Assembly: GCF_000284455.1 (NCBI RefSeq)
Contig: NC_017039.1
Span: 2,070,001 to 2,102,000, forward strand
Direction: 5' to 3'
Length of the DNA stretch: 32,000 bases
DNA from: Synechocystis sp. PCC 6803 substr. PCC-P
GTDB lineage: Bacteria; Cyanobacteriota; Cyanobacteriia; Cyanobacteriales; Microcystaceae
The notes under the pieces are model-generated. The model saw only the letters and a list, made by a program, of their open reading frames with translations. It was not told where the DNA came from and made no database searches. Of this stretch, positions 26,581-32,000 are shown one piece after another. Position 1 is the first letter of the stretch; each line of letters opens with the position of its first letter. A program made the position numbers and the translations under genes.

Positions 26581-26747
26581 GGGGTCTTATTTGTTTCCGG
26601 CGGATTTACCCTGGAAATCCACTGCCTTGTTGACCAAAATAAACTGCGGATAAAAACTTTTTAAGAGCACTGTTTCCGCCCAATAAACTCCTCCCCACCA
26701 GCCAACAAGCATATTTAGAATCCTTACGAGGTAATAATTTTTCGCGT

Positions 26748-28088
26748 ATGACTAACCCTTTTGGAAGACGTAAATTTTTGCTGTATGGATCAGCAACCCT
26801 AGGCGCCAGTCTATTGCTCAAAGCCTGTGGCGGCGGCACGGAACCTACCACCGAACCCACTGCTGAACCGACTGAGTCCCCCACCACCGGTACTGCTCCC
26901 ACCGGGGAACCGATTAAAGTTGGTTTGCTCCACTCCCTCAGTGGCACCATGGCCATCAGTGAAACCACCGTGGTGGAAGCGGCGGAACTGGCGATCGAAG
27001 AGATCAATGCGGCCGGTGGAGTTTTGGGTAGACCCATTGAAGCCATCAAAGAAGATGGAGCTTCCGATTGGCCGACTTTTGCGGAAAAAGCGGCTAAGTT
27101 AATTGACCAAGATAAGGTACCCGTAGTCTTTGGTTGTTGGACTTCCGCCAGCCGGAAAGCGGTACTGCCGGTATTTGAAGCCAAAAATCATATGCTTTGG
27201 TACCCAGTACAGTACGAAGGTCAGGAATGTTCCAAAAACATTTTCTACACCGGTGCCGCCCCCAACCAACAAATTGAACCGGCGGTGGATTGGTTGCTGG
27301 AAAATAAAGGCAATAAGTTCTTCCTGGTGGGTTCCGATTACGTTTTCCCCCGCACTGCTAACACCATCATTAAAGAGCAGTTGAAAGCCAAAGGTGGCGA
27401 AACCCTTGGGGAAGATTACCTACCCCTGGGTAACACCGAAGTTACCCCTATCATCACCAAAATCCGGGAAGCCCTGCCCGATGGCGGCGTAATTTTCAAC
27501 ACCCTGAATGGGGACAGTAATGTTGCCTTCTTCAAGCAGATCCAAGCCGCTGGTTTGACCCCCGATAAATATCCGGTCATGTCCGTGAGTGTGGCGGAAG
27601 AGGAAGTACGTCAAATTGGTAAGGAGTATCTGCTCGGCCAGTTTGCTTCTTGGAACTATTTCCAGAGTGTGGATACCCCTGCCAACCAAAAATTTGTGGC
27701 AGCTTTTAAGGCTAAATACGGTGAAGACCGGGTGACCAACGACCCCATGGAAGCAGCTTATATTTCCGTTTACCTCTGGAAGGCGGCGGTGGAAGCGGCT
27801 GGAGATGTGGGTGAAACTCCCGAAGGCTTAGAAAAAGTCCGGGCGGCGGCGATTGGTAAAACCTTTGACGCTCCGGAAGGCATGGTGACCATGCAACCCA
27901 ACCACCACATTTCCAAAACTGTCCGCATTGGGGAAGTCAATGACGAAGGTCAGTTCACCATTGTTTGGTCCAGTGATGGCCCCGTGGACCCCATTCCCTG
28001 GAACCAGTTCGTACCGGAAACCAAAGGTTTCACCTGCGATTGGACCCGCACAGATGTGGAAAATCCTGGTAAGTTCAAGGCCAGCTAA
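26748..28088 (+). CDS. urtA: Urea ABC transporter substrate-binding protein
   Basis: 446-aa ORF: lipoprotein/RR-like N-terminus '[23 protein letters not shown]' and UrtA body '[60 protein letters not shown]...[18 protein letters not shown]...[12 protein letters not shown]'-like. Confidence 0.95.
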   Translation: MTNPFGRRKFLLYGSATLGASLLLKACGGGTEPTTEPTAEPTESPTTGTAPTGEPIKVGLLHSLSGTMAISETTVVEAAELAIEEINAAGGVLGRPIEAIKEDGASDWPTFAEKAAKLIDQDKVPVVFGCWTSASRKAVLPVFEAKNHMLWYPVQYEGQECSKNIFYTGAAPNQQIEPAVDWLLENKGNKFFLVGSDYVFPRTANTIIKEQLKAKGGETLGEDYLPLGNTEVTPIITKIREALPDGGVIFNTLNGDSNVAFFKQIQAAGLTPDKYPVMSVSVAEEEVRQIGKEYLLGQFASWNYFQSVDTPANQKFVAAFKAKYGEDRVTNDPMEAAYISVYLWKAAVEAAGDVGETPEGLEKVRAAAIGKTFDAPEGMVTMQPNHHISKTVRIGEVNDEGQFTIVWSSDGPVDPIPWNQFVPETKGFTCDWTRTDVENPGKFKAS

Positions 28089-28289
28089 ATTGGCCTAGTT
28101 TTTACTAGTTTTTAACCGAGTAAAGAACTAAAACACTGCTCACTGATTGTTTGATGGTTTGAATTATTACGGCCATTGGCCCCATTGATTTCCCTAGAAC
28201 GGAATTTGAAGGGGCCAGTGGTTTTTTCTTGCTCCATTCGGCGTGATTAGGTGAAGATAGGGCCCTAAGTTTCTCCTCCATTGACAACC

Positions 28290-29807
28290 ATGGCTAAAGC
28301 CCGGACAAAGTTTGTTTGCTCTGCCTGTGGGGCGGATCATGCCCAATGGTTTGGCCGCTGCCCCAAATGCCATGAGTATGGAAGTTTGCAGGAGGAAATT
28401 GTCAATGCCGTTTCTAGTGGTACCAATCACCGTAGTTTAGGGGCGCAAAAATCCCGTTCTTCCAAGGTAAAAACCGGCCAGCCCCAGGCGGCTTTAACTT
28501 TTTCCCAGATTCGCCAGGAAAATCAAGGGCGTTTCCTCTCTGGTTACGGGGAGTTGGACCGGGTTTTGGGAGGGGGCATTGTGCCAGGGGCGTTAATTTT
28601 AATTGGCGGAGATCCGGGCATTGGCAAATCAACTTTGTTGCTCCAGGTGGCTTTCCAGTTGGCCACCCGTTTGCCCCGGATTTTATACGTTTCAGCGGAG
28701 GAATCAGGACAACAAATTAAGCTCCGAGCCACCCGCTTAGGCATTACCCAAACCGTTGAGCCAAGCCAAGCTCAAGATGGCATAAACAATCTTGCCCACG
28801 ATGGCAATTTATTTGTTTTACCGGAAACTAATTTGGACGATATTTTGCGGGAATTGGAAGCCTTGCAACCCCAGGTGGCCATCATTGACAGTATTCAAAA
28901 TTTATATTTTCCGGCCCTTAGTTCGGCCCCTGGTTCCGTTTCCCAAGTGCGGGAATGTACGGGTTTATTAATGCAATTGGCCAAGCGAGATCACATTAGT
29001 TTGTTTATTGTGGGGCACGTAACTAAAGAAGGGGCGATCGCCGGGCCGAAGGTTTTGGAGCATTTGGTGGATACGGTGTTGTATTTTCAGGGCGATCGAT
29101 TTGCATCCCATCGCTTGCTGAGATCCGTAAAAAATCGTTTTGGGGCCACCCAGGAAATCGGCATTTTTGAAATGGTGCAATCGGGGCTGCAGGAAGTGCT
29201 CAACCCGTCCCAATTATTTTTGGGCAGTCGGGAGGAATTTATGTCCGGCACCGCCATCACTGTGGCTTGTGAAGGTACCCGCCCCTTGGTGGTGGAATTG
29301 CAAGCTTTAGTGAGTCCCACCAGTTACGCTTCCCCTCGGCGATCGACTACTGGGGTGGACTACAATCGCCTTTTACAAGTTCTGGCTGTATTGGAAAAAC
29401 GCCTGGGGGTACCCCTCTCTAAATTGGATGCGTACCTATCGGTGGCGGGGGGTCTGGAGGTGGAAGAACCGGCGGTGGATTTGGCCATGGCGATCGCCTT
29501 GGTGGCTAGTTTCCGGGACCGGGTGGTGGACCCAACCATGATTATTCTGGGGGAAATCGGTTTAGGCGGCCAAATTCGTCCCGTTTCCCAGTTAGAAATT
29601 CGTTTAAAAGAAGCGGCAAAGTTAGGGTTCAAAAAGGCCATTGTGCCCAAAGGTCAAACGGGCATTGAATCCGCTGGCATCAAGCTGATCCCTGTAGGCA
29701 AGGTCTTTGCGGCGATCGCCGTTGCTCTACCAGCCAACGAAAATACAACGGATCAAGGCAATGGGTCAGAAGCCAAAATTGAGGAGGACTTAGGTAAAAA
29801 GGATTAG
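28290..29807 (+). CDS. radA: DNA repair protein RadA/Sms (track ORF starts 28281)
   Basis: 'FVCSACGADHAQWFGRCPKCHEYGSL' zinc finger, 'GDPGIGKSTLLLQVAF' Walker A, and a C-terminal Lon-like domain. Confidence 0.97.
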   Translation: MAKARTKFVCSACGADHAQWFGRCPKCHEYGSLQEEIVNAVSSGTNHRSLGAQKSRSSKVKTGQPQAALTFSQIRQENQGRFLSGYGELDRVLGGGIVPGALILIGGDPGIGKSTLLLQVAFQLATRLPRILYVSAEESGQQIKLRATRLGITQTVEPSQAQDGINNLAHDGNLFVLPETNLDDILRELEALQPQVAIIDSIQNLYFPALSSAPGSVSQVRECTGLLMQLAKRDHISLFIVGHVTKEGAIAGPKVLEHLVDTVLYFQGDRFASHRLLRSVKNRFGATQEIGIFEMVQSGLQEVLNPSQLFLGSREEFMSGTAITVACEGTRPLVVELQALVSPTSYASPRRSTTGVDYNRLLQVLAVLEKRLGVPLSKLDAYLSVAGGLEVEEPAVDLAMAIALVASFRDRVVDPTMIILGEIGLGGQIRPVSQLEIRLKEAAKLGFKKAIVPKGQTGIESAGIKLIPVGKVFAAIAVALPANENTTDQGNGSEAKIEEDLGKKD

Positions 29808-30394
29808 GGACAAAATAGAGTCTCTTTTGTTTCTCGTCCTGTGACTGGATTGGTTCCCTTGGCTAGCCCACAAAGATAGTCCTCCGTGTCGGGCCGCAGA
29901 ATAATATCCGTCAAATCAGCCCCTTCGATGTCTACTTCCCCAAACTTGGTATTGGTGCCAAAGGAACCCTCCAAGCGAGCATTGCGAAGATTAGCATGGG
30001 TCAAACGAGCCGATTCAAAATCTACGCCCCGGGCATCGGCCCCCTCTAAAATAGCCCCATCCATGTTGGCAGAAAAGAATCGTGCTCCCTGCAGATTGGC
30101 TCCAGTGAAGTCCGCCCCCCGTAAATTGGCATGGTCAAAGATGGAGCCCCGCAGATCCTGATGGGAAAAATCTGCCCCCACTAAGTTACCCCGGTTATAG
30201 TCTAGGGCTAGGCTAGGGCTTGCGAGGCTCCCCAAAGCGAGGATAAAAGTAGCAACTAGAATGCCAGTCCGGACTACGAACTGCCATCGGCCAAGGGACT
30301 GGGGCTTTTCCCTCTGGACCCTGGCGATCGCCTTCCATGGGAATAGATTGGGGGTGAAAAATTTTTGACAAATTACTAAAAAATTCATTAACAT
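29804..30394 (-). CDS. Secreted/lumenal pentapeptide-repeat protein
   Basis: 196-aa ORF: hydrophobic export signal ending 'SLASPSLALDY', then 'NLVGADFSHQDLRGSIFDHANLRGADFTGANLQGARFFSANMDGAILEGADARGVDFESARLTHANLRNARLEG' and a C-terminal Cys pair 'YLCG...ETLFCP'. Confidence 0.9.
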   Translation of the reverse strand: MLMNFLVICQKFFTPNLFPWKAIARVQREKPQSLGRWQFVVRTGILVATFILALGSLASPSLALDYNRGNLVGADFSHQDLRGSIFDHANLRGADFTGANLQGARFFSANMDGAILEGADARGVDFESARLTHANLRNARLEGSFGTNTKFGEVDIEGADLTDIILRPDTEDYLCGLAKGTNPVTGRETKETLFCP

Positions 30395-30595
30395 TCAGCT
30401 CCCATAGCACTTACCTTTTTCCACTATACATCAGTGCCTAAGAGCCTGTTGGTCGAGTTTTAGCTTGTCCCTAAAACCGAGCCGTTAGAAATCCGATCAT
30501 GGGGGAGAAATTTTATTTAGTTTCCCCAAAAATTGGAGAGTCAGGAGAAATTTTAAAAGCGAACTAAATTGTGGTTACCTCTGCCGTTAAGTTCG

Positions 30596-32000
30596 TCAGT
30601 CATCCTGCAGGGCTAAAAGTTTTTCATTCAACACCTGTAAATATTCATCACTGATGTCATCGGCTAATATACCCTTTGCTAAGGCATCATTAATGGCACT
30701 TTTTTCTGCTATGTAGAGACGCCGATATAGGCCATCAATGTATTTCTTTTCCACTTCGCCCTCGGAAAAAATTAAATTTCTCTGGTTATAAAATTCTCTT
30801 AATTCTTGCTCAGAGTTGGCAATACGAGCTTGATAATCGGCGAATAGTTCTTCATATAAAAACTTAGGTAAACTTCCCGCTTCTAACAAATATTTTAACT
30901 CTCCTTGGGCGGCCTTAGCTGTGACCAAATTCAACTGGAGCATGGCAATTTTTTGAGCCAATGGAGAAGGTTTGCTTAGTTGCAATTTTTTCACCACCCA
31001 AGGCAAACTCAAACCCTGGCCAATTAGGGAAACCATCACGGTGCTGAATACCAGTGTCACCACCTGATCCCTTCCTGGTAGAGTCAGGGGCAAGGCTAAG
31101 GCCAGGGCCATCGAAAGGGAGCCTTTGACATTACCCGCAATTAAAACGTGTTGCCAACGCAGGGGCAGGGGGCGATCAAAAAAGCTGAGCAGATAAAGCA
31201 AGGGATAAATGGAGAAAACACGACCAATTTGATAGGCCACAATGGCAATCAGGGCTGCAGGAATGGTGGAGAGGAGAATACTCGGATAGACTTCAATGCC
31301 CACCAACAGAAAAATAAGAGTGTTAACTCCGAAACCGGCGTATTCCCAAAAACTTAACAGGGTGACCTTAATCGAGGCGGAGGTCTGTTTCAGAGCCAAA
31401 TTACCAATTACCAACCCTGCCACCACCACGGCGATCGCACTGGAAACCCCCAGCATTTGACCAATTTGGAAAGTTCCAAGGGAAACGGACACGGTGAGGA
31501 GAATATCACTCAGGTCATCGTTGAGTTGGCGAAAAAGACCCACACAGAGATAGCCCAGCCCCAGCCCCACCAAGCCGCCCCCCACAAAGGCAACAAAAAT
31601 TTGTCTAATGCCTTCCCCAGCGCTAAAGCCTCCTTGGATATGGATGGTGGTAATGACGCTGAGCAACACCATGGCCACCCCGTCATTGAGCATACTTTCC
31701 CCTTCCACAATGGTGGCTAAACGGCGGGGAACTGGCACACTCCGAAAAGCGGCAATGACGGAAACGGTGTCAGTGATAGTGAGGATAACACTAACCCCAG
31801 CGGCGGTAACCCAAGCCAAACCCAGGCCGATTTTTAACAACACAGCGGTGATAGCGGCCGATATTACGACCCCAGGGCCGGCCAACACAGTAATAGGTTT
31901 GATGGTGCTGCGTAAACGGCTGATGTCGGTGTTGATTGCCGCTTCAAAAATGAGAATGGGCAAAAAGAAATTCAGGATTAGTTCCGGATTTAGTCCAACC
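30596..32000 (-). CDS. Na+/H+ (cation:proton) antiporter, CPA1 family; N-terminus runs off the window edge
   Basis: ORF 30596..31963 is still open to base 32000 (upstream residues 'GLNPELILNFFLPILIFEAAINTDI'). Multiple TM helices, 'ESMLNDGVAMVL' motif. Confidence 0.92.
   Translation of the reverse strand, partial: VGLNPELILNFFLPILIFEAAINTDISRLRSTIKPITVLAGPGVVISAAITAVLLKIGLGLAWVTAAGVSVILTITDTVSVIAAFRSVPVPRRLATIVEGESMLNDGVAMVLLSVITTIHIQGGFSAGEGIRQIFVAFVGGGLVGLGLGYLCVGLFRQLNDDLSDILLTVSVSLGTFQIGQMLGVSSAIAVVVAGLVIGNLALKQTSASIKVTLLSFWEYAGFGVNTLIFLLVGIEVYPSILLSTIPAALIAIVAYQIGRVFSIYPLLYLLSFFDRPLPLRWQHVLIAGNVKGSLSMALALALPLTLPGRDQVVTLVFSTVMVSLIGQGLSLPWVVKKLQLSKPSPLAQKIAMLQLNLVTAKAAQGELKYLLEAGSLPKFLYEELFADYQARIANSEQELREFYNQRNLIFSEGEVEKKYIDGLYRRLYIAEKSAINDALAKGILADDISDEYLQVLNEKLLALQDD

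Noticed and set aside
30504-30555. Direct repeat GGAGAAATTTTA twice, 40 bp apart, downstream of the antiporter gene
   Set aside because: Short, AT-rich and without surrounding structure. I could not distinguish it from chance.

Overview
The gene content and order look like a Synechocystis sp. PCC 6803-type chromosome segment. This is my recognition of the protein sequences; no database search was run. The backbone is housekeeping and photosynthesis genes: a FetB-like permease, carotenoid oxygenase, cpcT, pgsA, flv1, recN, psbO, aroA, a radical SAM/B12 protein, L-asparaginase, purB, ureB, MPBQ methyltransferase, holB, urtA, radA, a pentapeptide protein and a CPA1 antiporter. It also has tRNA-Gln(TTG) and tRNA-Asn(GTT). 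A more accessory block (about 8.0-14.1 kb) interrupts this backbone. It contains a near-perfect CRP/SYCRP1-type palindrome upstream of a large pilin-like protein with a Pro-Ser tail built from nine 18-bp tandem repeats. Next to it, convergently oriented, is a 2OG-Fe(II) prolyl-hydroxylase-like enzyme. After that come three consecutive toxin-antitoxin loci, two with visibly broken toxins: a PIN toxin with an in-frame TGA, and a YoeB toxin truncated with decayed downstream sequence. This block has no exact HIP1 octamer (GCGATCGC) over about 6.9 kb, although HIP1 is common elsewhere in the window. The most testable new idea is that the hydroxylase modifies the neighbouring Pro-Ser tail. I saw no CRISPR array, intact transposase or prophage.
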